64,000 nt of DNA. It comes from Octopus sinensis. Its lineage: Eukaryota. The notes under the pieces are model-generated. The model saw only the letters and a list, made by a program, of their open reading frames with translations, was not told the origin of the DNA and made no database searches. Both the position numbers and the translations under genes were made by a program. The stretch is from the NCBI RefSeq assembly GCF_006345805.1, contig NC_043005.1, positions 70,618,001-70,682,000 of the forward strand, in the 5' to 3' direction. Each line of letters begins with the position of its first letter. Position 1 is the stretch's first letter. Below are positions 1 to 12,834 of this stretch, piece by piece.

Positions 1-76
1 AATGATTATATGCTCTGTGGCCATAATTTTGTGCTTCATTATTCTTAATTCAGTTTAATTACAAGAAATTTGGGCA

Positions 77-342
77 TTCTTTCGATATAACTCGACAAAA
101 TCAAAACATTTCACTTCGGGTATTTCCGTGGGTTGTGGAGTATATATATAACGAAATTATGCCAGCAATGTCTCATTTTAAACTTGAAGAAAAAAAAGCC
201 TTGCATATTTGTTGTTATCTGTTTTATGCGTGTATGTAAACTCCGCAAATTTCCAATCAGAAAACAGGATCGAACTGTCATTTGCTTCCACGGAAATATT
301 CGAGATGAAATGTTTTGATTTTGTCGAGTTATATCGAAAGAA
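77..342. repeat. Inverted repeat, ~55 bp arms (77-131 / 288-342), 37 bp perfect
   Basis: ttctttcgatataactcgacaaaatcaaaacatttca (77-113) is the exact reverse complement of 306-342. Confidence 0.9.
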
Positions 343-1229
343 ATTTGTAAGCGTGAATGTGCCAAGAGTGAAGTATATGTTCCAGGTTGGAACCCCTTAA
401 TCTCCTGTTTGGAAATTCCTTGGTGAAATGTCCATACGGTTAGAGTAACACTGCTTTACTCCTAGTAATTATGCTATGGTACCAATCAAGTTACACAGTA
501 TGTTTAAAAACTCAACGGTACATAAAAGAACCTTACAACCTCGAAAACAAGAACATGATTCTGACTTCCCTATAGTCGTAAGATATTTGGTTGAGCCTCT
601 TGTTTCACACATTCTCTAGCCTCTGATCTCCGCAAAAGTTTGAAAAGAACTTGAAATTTTCAAAAACAAAAGCTCAAACGCCACTGTTATAATCATCATC
701 ACAATATGGAAATATCTAAACTTCTTTGGACTACACATTTTTCTTGCTCTCACTCTCTTTTTCTTTATCATTATGTGTGTCTCTCTTTTTTCTCATGCAC
801 ACACAAATACACACCTATAGATATAGATATATTATTCATATATAGCTTTCACTTCTACCGTTCTTGAAATCAGCACGTTTTCAACGGTTTTTCTTAGAAG
901 CTGACAAAGGTTGTAGGAAATATTTGGCGATAGGATAGTGATAACAGGAATTCGATTTCGTTACGATGAATTGCCACCAGTGGTAATATTTGACAATTTG
1001 ATGAAACATGTGTTGTGACTTCATGTGGATTTTTAAACAAAAGGAAGCTAACAAGATACAAGACTGATAAGTACACACTTTATTTAAAAACAGTAAAAGG
1101 AAGCTACTTGCTTACAGGAGGCAAGTAAGTCATTTCATCTTCATTTCATTTATATTCATAATTTATTCGTTATATGGTTTTATGTATCCTAATATATTGT
1201 TTTGTCTGTCTTTTGTGTTGTCCCTTCTC

Positions 1230-1780
1230 TATGAGGCCTTGTGCCTAATTAAAGAAATAATGGGAGTTGAGCTTAAGCCTAGGCGCAGTAAGAGCCACCG
1301 ATGACCCTTGAAATGTGAATACAAACGGAATAAAACAATTTTCGCGTAAATCGGACCACGGATTCCCGAGATACAGGCTTTTTGTAGGTACCTTGATAAC
1401 AAACGAAAATGGTGCATGATGGGAACATACTCCGAAAGTAACATAACCCTGAAATGGGAAAATTGTTTCCATTGAGTTTATGTTTATGTTACATAACAAT
1501 TTCTTTTGCATCTTTATAGAAGTGTGCACATACCCCGTAAATAAATGCTGTTACTGGAGTTCATGTTAATTCCGGAAGTTCTGTTTCTACTAGATGCTGT
1601 AAATAATCAATAATACCTTAAACAAGAACTTGCAAACAAGACCTATGATGACACGGACGAATTTAAATATTTAACTGAATCATCATAAAAATTAACTCTC
1701 ATTTCAATGCAATGCGGAAATCGGCTTCACTGTTATATAAGTTGAACCGACAGTGACCCAACGGGTCACGGATAGTCTAG
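1230..1780 (+). mobile_element. Non-autonomous Helitron, 3' end clear, 5' end uncertain
   Basis: Hairpin gtgaccc-aac-gggtcac (1753-1769) 7 nt upstream of CTAG|T (1777-1780). Confidence 0.6.
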
Positions 1781-1810
1781 TAAATATATATGTATATATA
1801 TATATATATT

Positions 1811-1850
<40 letters not shown>

Positions 1851-1854
<4 letters not shown>

Positions 1855-1959
1855 ACGTGACCAACCAGACCATCAGATGTTGTTACACATCGCTGGTCAC
1901 AATGCGTTCGCATTGTTTTAGCCTTTGAATGACGCCACCCCGCTGGCTAAGCGAGCAGG

Positions 1960-1963
<4 letters not shown>
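1851..1963 (+). repeat. Short unclassified interspersed repeat in (TA)n; diverged second copy at ~3660-3760
   Basis: Shared cacaatgc..cattgtt.tagc.tt.gaatga.gc.acc.cg motif in both copies. Confidence 0.5.
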
Positions 1964-1996
<33 letters not shown>

Positions 1997-2029
1997 AAAG
2001 AAATACGATGAAAAAATACAGACTTGTTT

Positions 2030-2900
2030 TACGAGACTAAAGAATATATTTAAATCGTCGTGGCAAAAGTCTTATACAATATTATACTAAATAAGATTTT
2101 TTTCCTTCTAATAAAATGACCGGTTTGCTGAAACTTTTCAAATTTTGAGTGTTAGATGCAATTCGAAATGAGAAATTTTATTTGTTAGGTGAGAATAATT
2201 GGTAACCAATAATTTCAGAGAATAATTTCAGTAAATGGCGAGATAAATCTGTAATTTTCAATATGCATTTACATTCAGTTTTGGATTATATTTTTCGATA
2301 AATGAGGCCTCGTTATTTAATCACACTTGTGTTGAGGTCCAAATAGCACATTGACATAATGGGAAGATTAGGAATTGTGTTTGCAGGTGTTCTGCACATG
2401 TGTCAATGTGTTGGCTGAGATGTATCTGGTGATATTGTGACTAAGAGATCTATTGTCTTTGAACTGTACATCTACGTCTGAGGGACATTCCTGTGGAACC
2501 TATAGAGTTTTTATGACAGCCCGAGCATCTGATGACATTAATGAAGTTTTCAGAGGTGCAAGTAAGTGAAATTGGATTTAATTTTGAATTTTTTACATTG
2601 TTTAAAATGGAATTCTTATACTTCCAAAATATTGGAATGTTCCGCATCTGGGACCACTACATTTATTTTTGTTCTTGCGTCTGTTATTCGGAGAATAATT
2701 TAGCATTTGTGAGGATCTTCTTTAATGTCTTAAGTTGTTTACTGTTTAATGATTGTATGGGTACGTACAATTTCCTTCAGTTTGGGGTCCTTATGGAGTA
2801 TTGAGAGATTTTGGACAATGATGTTAAATGTTTCTTTGTTTCTGGGGTTGTGTATGGAGATATAAGGTAATGTTTTCAGAGTAGGTGTGTTATTGTGTTC
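2030..2900 (-). mobile_element. Decayed Penelope-like retroelement (Neptune-like), C-terminal GIY-YIG endonuclease plus 3' UTR
   Basis: Minus-strand frames give LPYISIHNPRNKETFNIIVQNL..KTLKKILTNAKL, CTSENFINVIRCSGCHKNSIGSTGMSLRRRCTV and IFPLCQC..NNEASFIEKYNPKLN; stops and frameshifts present. Confidence 0.85.
2113..2146 (-). ncRNA. Degenerate minimal hammerhead ribozyme in the PLE 3' UTR
   Basis: aaaat-ttgaaaa-gtttcagc-aaaccggtc-atttt: stem I pairs, palindromic stem III ACCGGU, GUC site; core mutated. Confidence 0.4.
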
Positions 2901-3133
2901 GACTTTTCTTAATGTTTTATGCTACATCAGGTACGAAAGCGGCCGGTATATCTATCAAGGTTTTGGAATGCAATAAATATGACTGTGAATATTTGACGAA
3001 ACCCTCTCTAAAAACGGAATATCACAGCACCATCAGAATTTGAACGTCGTCATCAACTCGTCATTACGCGGAATCATACTTGTTTCACGTGGTACAATTT
3101 TTATTGGACGACACGCATGTGCACGCATGATTC

Positions 3134-3226
<93 letters not shown>

Positions 3227-3450
3227 CAGGATAATAAAGATTATAGAAATTTTTACTACCAGTAGCCTAGCGTATAGAAAAATTAGTCAATAGACTATAT
3301 ATTTTTCATATAAAATACAGAGCACATTTAAAACCTTTTTCTTTGCACCCGACAAAAAAATGCGCTTGCGCAGTGGTTTTGAAAAATTAAATGTATAAGC
3401 AAGAGGTACAGCTGGATTGGCCTCGTGCTTATATGTTTAATCTTGGCGTA

Positions 3451-3497
3451 CCTGTTGACGAAGACTTCGCCAGGCAAGTCAGAAACCATGATCCAGG
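3451..3497 (+). ncRNA. Degenerate type I hammerhead ribozyme
   Basis: cctg-TTGACGA-a-gactt(cgccaggc)aagtc-a-GAAA-ccatga-TC-cagg; stems I and II pair, C3 mutated. Confidence 0.55.
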
Positions 3498-3785
3498 AAA
3501 TAGATGATAAATGTTTTTAATTTTCATTCCCTTCGAGAATTTATCCCTAATTAGTGGTTTGGACTTTAGCTGTCCCTTCTAGCGTAAGGGAGTCCTATGA
3601 TGGATACCTCTTAATGTGTTTTAAATGTACACTCATATATATATATCCCTATGAACTGAGTTACCAGGTGTTTGTGTACACCACCGACACAATGCATTTT
3701 CTCACATTGTTGTAGCTTACGAATGATGCTACCTCGAAAGCTAGGTAATCAGACCAATTTTCCCCTGAAGAAGTATTAGCCATTC

Positions 3786-3910
3786 GGACTGGAGCAACGT
3801 GAAATGAAGTGTTTTTCTCAAGAAAACAACACATTGCTTGGTCCGGGAATTGAAGCCACCATCTTGCAATCGTGAGTACAGCTCCAGAACTTCTAATCCA
3901 CGCGCCTTCT
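3786..3910 (-). mobile_element. tRNA-derived SINE family D, 5' fragment
   Basis: Reverse complement matches the head at 9999-10165. Confidence 0.65.
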
Positions 3911-4371
3911 CATATGCATGGGTGCGTGCGTGCGTGTGTGTATGTGTGTGTGTGTGTGTGCGTGCGTGTATCTATGTAAATATACTGAAGACCTGGGTTT
4001 ATCCATTCAATAAGTATCAAATATTAAATTAAGTGAAAGATCGTTAAGCGATAGACTAGTTTTAATTGGAAATAATATTGCAAACGTGGTTACGTTTTTT
4101 TAAAATTTTCATGACTTTTTAAAGTGTTATGTAAGGAACAATAAAACAATTTAGGCATAACCAATATGTTAACACCTTGCTTGTACACGAATCAATCACT
4201 TGCTAATAATAGACAATGAAACGGTGCTTGAGGGATTTTTTTTTATTCATCACACGTTGTTGTTTTTGCCGCTTAATTTTAGTTCAACACTAAATCCTGC
4301 TTTACTGCTCATATTTTGGTTCCCTTGAAGAAGTCTCTTATTTTCTTTACTTTTTAATTAATTTATTCATT

Positions 4372-4406
4372 TGTGTGTGTGTGTGTGTGTGTGAGTGTGT
4401 GTGTGT

Positions 4407-4471
<65 letters not shown>

Positions 4472-4480
4472 TGTGTGTGC
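4372..4480. repeat. (TG)n microsatellite
   Basis: Direct reading. Confidence 0.95.
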
Positions 4481-4982
4481 GCGTAAACAGTTTCTTGCTT
4501 TCACAGCAGTAATTTTTTTTTATAAATGTTGCTATTAAACGTTGTTAAATTTAATTACATTTGCTGCAGATTTTCTACTTCATTCGAAATCGGAGTTAAT
4601 AATATAATCACTATTAGGATACGGGGGAAAAAAGCTTTGCCAGTCTCTAGCTTTCAAAGTTTTTGGGGAATGGTTGCCACCTTTCACCGAATCACGTTTT
4701 ATGAATGCCCCTACCCATATTTGGCAAAAACAAAACGAACAAAAGCAGATTATTTTAAACAGAAACAATTTTTGCTCAGTGGTTTTAATATTTATATTTT
4801 CTGATAGTATCTCATCTAACATGCGCCCCATCTAACAAATCCTTCACATCTATGCTAATTTTTCATGAAATTTATTTTAGAAGGCAAGGTCTTATATAAT
4901 GAACTTTTGTCAAACCTTAACGCATCATCAGTCATGTTTCCTGCTCACTAATAACAAAATTTCCGATTTCTGTTCTAATGCT

Positions 4983-5026
4983 ACATATACTGAAATTTCG
5001 AACGATACAAAAAAGATTAGCATGGC
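4983..5026 (+). pseudogene. U6: U6 snRNA fragment (pseudogene)
   Basis: acatatactgaaatttcgaacgatacaaaaaagattagcatggc vs U6 ACATATACTAAAATTGGAACGATACAGAGAAGATTAGCATGGC; ACAGAGA box mutated, both ends missing. Confidence 0.85.
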
Positions 5027-5889
5027 ATTACTTGTTAAATATTCTGGTTAAACATTGCATTTCTAGGAAAAATCACGAACTCTATGCTCTCAGCACTCTC
5101 CATTTGGATCCTATTACATTTGCACCCCTTCTCCGTGCTACATCCTTGTGAATTCATAATGCCTCTAAGTCACACTATTGCTCAGGTTAAGAACTTCACG
5201 TCTAGCGCTTTAAGAGCAAACTAATAAACAGGAGCTTCTATTGTTGTATCTTCTTTAAATTTTTTCATATTATCTTTTCATTTCAATGAGGCGTTCGCTT
5301 CTAAGCTCTTCGACACATAACTGAATTAAATCATATCAGCCGTTCGTAGAAATTACAATCTGCAATTGATTAGAAAAAATCGCTCTCGTTTTATTTTTAC
5401 TAACTTTTCTAGTTCAAATCCTTCAAAATTTTCAATAAATTGATGGCAGAATTATTTCTTTACTTCGCCATACGTTGCCCATATTTTTCATTGTAACTTC
5501 GTTCTAGCTTCTTTTTATTATATTCATTTCACCTAGAACATTAATTAAATTTCAAAATTCGCTTAATGTTTGCTCTCCCTCTTATCAATAGCATTTATTA
5601 ACTGATCAAAAGTGTGCTGAACGCTTAAATGTTGTCTTCATTCTTAATTCATAATTTGTTAATCTGATTCATTCGAGTAGGGAGTATGAACATTAATCGA
5701 AAATATAGGTGGTGACGTTGTAGAGATTGTTGATGACATGTGCATTATCTACGATTGTAGCACATTCAGGGGAATGCATTTGTTTTCAAAATACTTGAAT
5801 ATATATATTTTTAATTCTGTTACAACGTGACCACAAGGTAATCAAAAAGCAATCGTCAACCCAAGTTTTTTCTTTATTTTATTTGGATG

Positions 5890-6225
5890 GAAGCACTCCG
5901 TCGGTTACGACGACGAGGGTTCCAGTTGATCCGATCAACGGAACAGCCTGCTCGTGAAATTAACGTGTAACTGGCTGAGCACTCCACAGACACGTCGTTC
6001 TCGGAGATATTCAGCGTGACACAGAGAGTGACAAGGCCGGCCCTTTGAAATACAGGTACAACAAAAACAGGAAGTAAGAGTGAGAGAAAGAGTACAGCAG
6101 GGATCACCACCATCCCTGCCGGAGCCTCGCTCAATAAACACTCACAACGCCCGGTCTGGGAATCGAAACCGCGATCCTACGACCGCGAGTCTACTGCCCT
6201 AACCACTGGGCCATTGCGCCTCCAC
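5890..6225 (-). mobile_element. tRNA-derived SINE family C (tail type 1)
   Basis: Head gtggaggcgcaatggcccagtgg...ggtttcgattccc (A/B boxes), shared with the 11635, 23724 and 52505 copies. Confidence 0.9.
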
Positions 6226-6238
6226 ATAATGTATTTAT

Positions 6239-6271
<33 letters not shown>

Positions 6272-6299
6272 ATATATATATATATGTATATAATGTATT

Positions 6300-6365
<66 letters not shown>

Positions 6366-6511
6366 AAATAGAAAGATGAATAATCTTGTAGCAGATTAAT
6401 CAAAAGTTTAACCGATACCTTGGTAGCAAAAATCACAGCAGAAGACAGCACGGTTGGAGGTACAACCATATGGTGTTGCAACCGTGCGTTGGTGCGGATC
6501 AACGGATTTCC

Positions 6512-6604
6512 TATTTCTTCCTGAAGAGAAAGACACAATATGGTCTCATTATTCAATCGGATTTTGGTAAATTGTGCCTTTCGAAACACGTGTAGAATGA
6601 AATA
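6512..6604 (+). ncRNA. Type I hammerhead ribozyme with intact catalytic core
   Basis: tatttcttc-CTGAAGA(6521-6527)-gaaagacacaat...attgtgcctttc-GAAA(6583-6586)-cacgtg-TA(6593-6594)-gaatgaaata; stem II 11/12 bp, palindromic stem III, stem I 9 bp with one bulge. Confidence 0.85.
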
Positions 6605-6651
6605 AAACGATTTCTGTTCAATCTTCGTTCAGCTCCATTTCTTCAATTCAC

Positions 6652-6754
<103 letters not shown>

Positions 6755-6869
6755 TACCAGAAAACGTCAGGACGTTACCTTTCATATGACTAGAAATCTA
6801 GCTAGTATAGGGAATTGAAATTCCGACAATGCCAAAACTTCAAAAAAGAACATTTAGTGATATTTATAT

Positions 6870-7100
6870 GTGTGAGCGTTTGTGCGTCTGTGTTTGCCTC
6901 ACCCCCACCCCCACCCATCATTGCTTGACAACCGATTGTGGCTGTCTACATCCCAGTGACATAGCGGTTCAGCAAAAAAAGACCGATAGAATAAATACTA
7001 GGTTTACAAAGAATAAGTCCTGGGGTCGATTTGTCCAACTAAAGGCAGTGCTCCAGCAAGGCCGCAATGAAATGACTGAAAAAAATAAGAGAATAAATTG
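6870..7100 (+). mobile_element. SINE family A, 3' half
   Basis: gcttgacaaccgat...gaataagtcctggggtcgat...aatgactgaa. Confidence 0.9.
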
Positions 7101-7510
7101 ACTGCTTCAGTTCCTGCACTCACAGCTACTATTGGCACTTATACACTATGCCAGCAAACACACTGTTTCGTTATATATATAAATATATATATATGAAAAA
7201 TCTGACATTAATTACAGTAGACGTTTCTTTATAATCACCTTCTTATCTTTAAGCATCTGCAGGATAATATAAGATCTATCACAAATAATAGTTTGTTTAA
7301 TAAAGATGATTAATCAGTGCGTTTAATGAACTGCGTTGATAATAAGAGACCTAAGGTTGATCAGCTTTATATTACGTATCTTTACCTATGTACGATGCAA
7401 GAACTGTGCACTTTTAATTTCATTCTAATATTTTACTTTATCAATTAAAATCGAAAGAAAATACTGAAGTTAAACTTATAACGGCTTTTCCAGGTATTTT
7501 TTTTTATCTG

Positions 7511-8002
<492 letters not shown>

Positions 8003-8619
8003 TATAAAAAATTTAGTAAGACACTGGGTGGGATTGAATCCTGTCCAAGATGTTCAATGTGGTTGTCTAATTATGTCTCTACCCACGAGACCACCAATCA
8101 CTGTACTTGTTTCTGAATTTATTGCCTTTCATTTCTATATACTATCAATTGCATTCACCGTCGTAATACGTATCCTTTCGTTTTGTTCCACTGTAAGCGT
8201 GGATTCAACAGTTTTAAGATGATGAAGTAGTAGAAAGTTTGTAAACACACTATTTTAGGTTTACAAAATAATTCAATGTCTGAATGGATCGACGAATACT
8301 CGTTTGCATATTATCGATGCGCATTACGCGTAATTCAAATTTTGATGTAATAACCATAAACATATAGCCATTATTTTTCTGCAATTAACTTTTAAATTTG
8401 TAGTATTATTGCATTTGAAAATCAGCATTAAAATGGAGTGGCTGATTGTTAAACCAAAGCATTATATGCGCTACGAAATTATAACCTAGGGTATCAACGA
8501 GATACCACCATAGTGAAAATAGCAGCTAGGATCTGAATCTAAAACCACCTTAAGTGTTCATATAGCTCAAGGAGAGAAGACAAAAAGACAAAATAAAACT
8601 AGTGAAAAATTACTGGATA

Positions 8620-8678
8620 ATTCCAGATCTCGGATTTCTGACTTTGCATTTAGAAATGCTTTGCCTCATCAGTGGAAT
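8620..8678 (-). ncRNA. Type I hammerhead ribozyme variant with one extra A before GAAA
   Basis: attcca-CTGATGA-ggc(aaa-gcattt-ct-aaatgc-aaa)gtc-a-GAAA-tc(cga)ga-TC-tggaat; all three stems can pair. Confidence 0.7.
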
Positions 8679-8719
8679 ATACGCAGAAAGTAACATAAAT
8701 ACATATATATATATATTTT

Positions 8720-8948
8720 TTTTTCTTTATTGCCCACAAGGGGCTAAACACAGACGGGACAAACAAGGACAGACAAATGGATTAAGTCGATTATATCGAC
8801 CCCAGTGTGTAACTGGTACTTAATTTATCGACCCCGAAAGGATGAAAGGCAAAGTCGACCTCAGCGGAATTTGAACTCAGAACGTAACAGCAGGCGAAAT
8901 ACGGCTACGCATTTCGCCCGGCGTGCTAACGATTCTGCCAGCTCGCCG
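8720..8948 (-). mobile_element. tRNA-derived SINE family B with Nin-like central domain
   Basis: ggcgagctggcagaatcgttag...gagttcaaattcc, then gcctttcatcctttcggggtcgataaattaagtaccag. Confidence 0.9.
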
Positions 8949-9264
8949 ATATAAATACAACATACGAATGTTTACACATACGAACGTATGCATACATATA
9001 TATGCACGTATGCATCGTTATTAAATTAACGACCTTATCCTTATTTATTTAAATTTAAATTTATTTCGTCATTGTATTTACTGTGGAATTAAGAAGCGGG
9101 CATTTTAAACTGGTCATGATGCATTGACCATCTGCTTCAATTACTGCTTCCCATCTGCTTGGCAGACGGTCAGACAGTCATATAAAGATGTTTTTGTTAA
9201 ATACTGTTATATATATATATCCACATACATACGCGCACACGTACATATATATATATATATCCAC

Positions 9265-9320
<56 letters not shown>

Positions 9321-9489
9321 ATATACACACACACACACACTTACATATATATATATATCAACATATATATATATATATATATATATCCACATATATATAC
9401 ATATTTATATATATATATTCGTGTGTGTGTGTGTCTGTTTATCAGTTCAAATTGTTTGATTCCTTTATCGCTGATTTCTTCCGAACATT

Positions 9490-9534
9490 AAGTTCCGAAG
9501 AATTCATCGATGAATGAAGCAATTTTGTAAACTT
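9490..9534 (+). ncRNA. Degenerate type I hammerhead ribozyme between (TG)n tracts
   Basis: aagtt-CCGAAGA-attca(tcga)tgaat-GAAG-caa(tt)ttg-TA-aactt; stems pair, two core substitutions. Confidence 0.65.
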
Positions 9535-9998
9535 TTGTGTGTGTAGTGTGTGTGTGTGTGTGTACATGCATATGTGTGTGTGTGTGTGTCTGTGCGCATG
9601 TACTCTTGTTTGTGGAAATCCATGCACACACACACGCACAGGGACACAAAGGTATACGTGTGTGCAATAAGCAAGGTATATTTAGAGAAAGATCAAAATA
9701 AAAATTCCTGGAGCACTGATCTTTTTTTTATTGCTATAGATTTTATGAACCATAAATATACTCCACTGTAATCTATGACAGTTAAATTCCCACCATCATA
9801 CCCGCCGTTTCTATGTATATGGTGGTGGTGGTGGTGGTCGTCGTCGTCGTCGTCGTGGTGGGGAGAAATAAGTTTTTGGTGGTGAGTGGGGTGTATTTCT
9901 CGCCAATGGAAAAAATCTTGTTTCTAACAATGGAAGAAAGCTTCTTCATTTTAGAGTACCCCAAGAGAATAGTTATATTTGTATCTATATACGTATAT

Positions 9999-10165
9999 AG
10001 TGGAGACGCATGGCTTAGTGATTAGGGTGTTGGACTCTTGATCGTAAGATTGTCGTATCAATTCCTGGATCGGGCGACACATTGTGTTCTTGAGCAAAAC
10101 AATTCATTGCAAGTTACTCCAGTCCACTCACCTGGCAAAAAGGAGTAATCCTGCGACTGACCGTC
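9999..10165 (+). mobile_element. tRNA-derived SINE family D
   Basis: tggcttagtg A box, caattcc B box, ttgtgttcttgagcaaaaca central motif. Confidence 0.8.
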
Positions 10166-10377
10166 AGCGAAATTTGTTTTCCTACGTGAGTTCCGGACCC
10201 TAGTTATGAAGTCATCTGCATACAGCCAATCAGAGCTCAGCTATGAAACTAATTTATGAACGCATTACAAGTGAAAGGCGATAAGATAAAGTCACTTGGG
10301 TAAGGAATGACCATGCTGCTTTTCCCTTTTGAGAATGCTTGCTGTTCTTGTTCTTGTTCTTGTTTCAACCATGGCTG

Positions 10378-10540
10378 CCTCTGTCTTTACGTTCTGAGTT
10401 CAAATTCCACCGAGGTCGACTCTGCCTTTCATCTTTTCGGGGTCAATAAATTAAGTAACAATTGCGTACTAAGGTCGATCTAATCAACTTCCCCCTCCCT
10501 TCCCCCAAAATTTTGGGCCTTGTCCCTAGAGTAGAAAAGG
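10378..10540 (+). mobile_element. SINE family B, partial
   Basis: gttctgagttcaaattccaccgaggtcgac... Confidence 0.85.
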
Positions 10541-10790
10541 GTACCATCTGGATTAGTTGCTGCATCCAGCTACACTGGTTCCGGGAACAGGTCCGTGAGA
10601 TGAGCGTTCAACTGAATACTCCTCATAAAGACTGATGAAGATCCCTTTATGTTTCTTTTTATTTTGAGCGCGCGCATGTGTGTGTATAACCAGCTTTATT
10701 CGTAGTCAATAAACAAATGTAATATTTTGTATTCATAACATAGTTATCTGCGTTAAGTCAGCATTTTATTCTGGAATTTATCCTTAAATA

Positions 10791-11137
10791 CAGCAATCTC
10801 TCGCCATGTCGCAATTCACCTATCACGATTCACCGATCGCGGTTCACCGATCGCGGTTCACCGATCGCGGTTCACCGATCGCGGTTCACCGATCGCGGTT
10901 CACCTATCGCGGTTCACCTATCGCGGTTCACCTATCGCACTTCACCTATCGCAGATTATTATTTAAGCTTACATCAATTCCTCCGTGGTGTCGCTTTGCA
11001 TTTATTATAAAATAAATAAATACAAATTATAAAAATAATTTTTAAGATATTCAGTACAGTACTGTTTCTACTTCGCGGATATTCATCTATTGCAGGGTTT
11101 TTAGAACGTAACACACGCGGAAGTTGAGAGATTGCTG
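10791..11137. mobile_element. pogo/Tigger-type MITE with an internal 14-bp minisatellite
   Basis: TA|cagcaatctctc ... gagagattgctg|TA TIRs; ten ttcacc(g/t)atcgcgg units at 10815-10954. Confidence 0.85.
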
Positions 11138-11634
11138 TAAATCTGTTGATACACGTATGTATATTTAACTCCGTGCGTAAAAATGAACAATTGCAGTTAT
11201 TTATTTTATAGTTATTTCATTTGTTTGCCGTACAATCGATATTATTCTTGAGCAAACAAAATGTTTTGAAAATGATGTAATATCTATTGTTACAAATCAT
11301 CGTAACTACTAACATTTTTATGGGTTTGGTTTGGAAAAGGGGGTACTCTAATAGCTTTCACAGACACCATGTGAGGAGAGAAGCCAGACTGATATGGTAT
11401 TTGTTCAATATCTTTAGCGTCTGAGTTCAAATCTTACTGAGGCCAAATTTGCTTTCATCTGCGCTGTGTTGTTAGAATTTGTCTTCCCTCATATTTTTCG
11501 TCCACATTTGACCAAGGTCTGCGCTGACTTTTATCTTTCAGTGTTGATAACACAAATAGTTGTCAAACATTTTGGGAGACCTTAAAATGTTTAACCTAGC
11601 TTAATAATGGTTATTGTTGGTGCTGCTGTTGCTG

Positions 11635-11996
11635 TTGAGCGAAGTGGTCTTAGTCCCAGAGTGGGAGAAGTCCGAAGCGTGGTCCTTTGCTATTCGTAAC
11701 ACCCACAGAAGAGAAAGCAGGTCAACCCCCGACACCGAGAGCATTGACGGATGGATAAATGCGCATCCAGGCTCAGCGGTTGTGTAGGAAGTCGGGGACA
11801 AGACACAGGAAGAAAAAGTGAGAGAAAGTTTGAGCGAAACAGTACAACAGGGGCCGCCACTACCTCCTGCCGGAGCCTCGTAGGGCTTTAGGTGTTTTCG
11901 CTCAATAAACACACACAACGCCCGGTCTGAGAATCGAAACCGCGATCCCCCGACCGCGAGTCCGCTGCCCTAGCCACTGGGCCATTGCGCCTCCAC
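11635..11996 (-). mobile_element. SINE family C (tail type 2)
   Basis: Closely similar to 23724-24083. Confidence 0.92.
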
Positions 11997-12017
11997 TGTT
12001 ATTGCTGCTGAGTAGCT

Positions 12018-12183
12018 TTTCGTCCGTCTAAACGTTTCGAGTTCAAATGTTGCCGAGGTGAACTTTACTTTTTATCCTTTCGGGTTCGATGAAATAAATA
12101 CCAGTCAAGCACTGGGGTCGATGCAATCGACTAGACACTTCTCCAAAATTTCAAGCCGTGTACCTATTCTACAGTAGAAAAGA
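12018..12183 (+). mobile_element. SINE family B, partial
   Basis: gagttcaaatgttgccgagg...ctggggtcgat. Confidence 0.8.
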
Positions 12184-12189
12184 TTATTG

Positions 12190-12830
12190 TTATTATAATT
12201 TATGGTTTCTTTTCATGATAACTTTATTTCAGCTGCCTTAGTACCGGGCAACCGTCGGAGGCCAAAAGTAGCAAGGGCACTTTTATTTTGCTATGCATGC
12301 TAAAATTATCACCACATATATTCCATTTTAGATAGAGAGTGCTTTCAGTAGTATATGGGCTGTAGCCATCAAGGTTATCTTTTGTACTTCACAGAGATTG
12401 GAGTTACCAGGGAGTTGCTTAATATACTTCTCAGTTCCTTTTTTTATCGTTCCCAACGCAGCAATCACTCCTGGCATTATCGTAATACTAAGCTTCCACA
12501 TTTTTTCTGATTTCAATAAGCAGATCTTTATAGTGAGAAAGTTTTTCGTATTCTTTTCTTGAGACATTTCGATTTTATGGGAATGGCATATCTATTAACA
12601 GACAAGTTTTCTCTGTAGTCCTTGATCACAATGTCTGGTCAATTGGAGTCAATTTTTCTGTCTGTTTGTATTGGGGGGCGGTAAAAATGGCGAGGTCCTC
12701 ACCCTTTACTACATCCTCTGGATGGTGCCTGTACTACTTATCATGGGATATAATTCTGTAGTATTTACAAGCATTCGAATGGATGTACTGCCCTAGTCTG
12801 TAATGTTTTATGAGGTACTCTTTTTCAGCG
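12190..12830 (-). mobile_element. R4/Dong-like non-LTR retrotransposon 3' end (restriction-like endonuclease, 3' UTR, AAT tail), decayed
   Basis: GQYIH..CKYY..PIQTDRKIDSN*PDIVIKD..EYEKLSHYKDLLIEIRKMWKL..ALGTIKKG..ATAHILLKALSI. Confidence 0.85.
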
Positions 12831-12834
12831 CGGT

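Noticed and set aside
10815-10954. 14-bp repeats as a CRISPR array or iterons
   Set aside because: Head-to-tail with no spacers, inside a TA-flanked MITE
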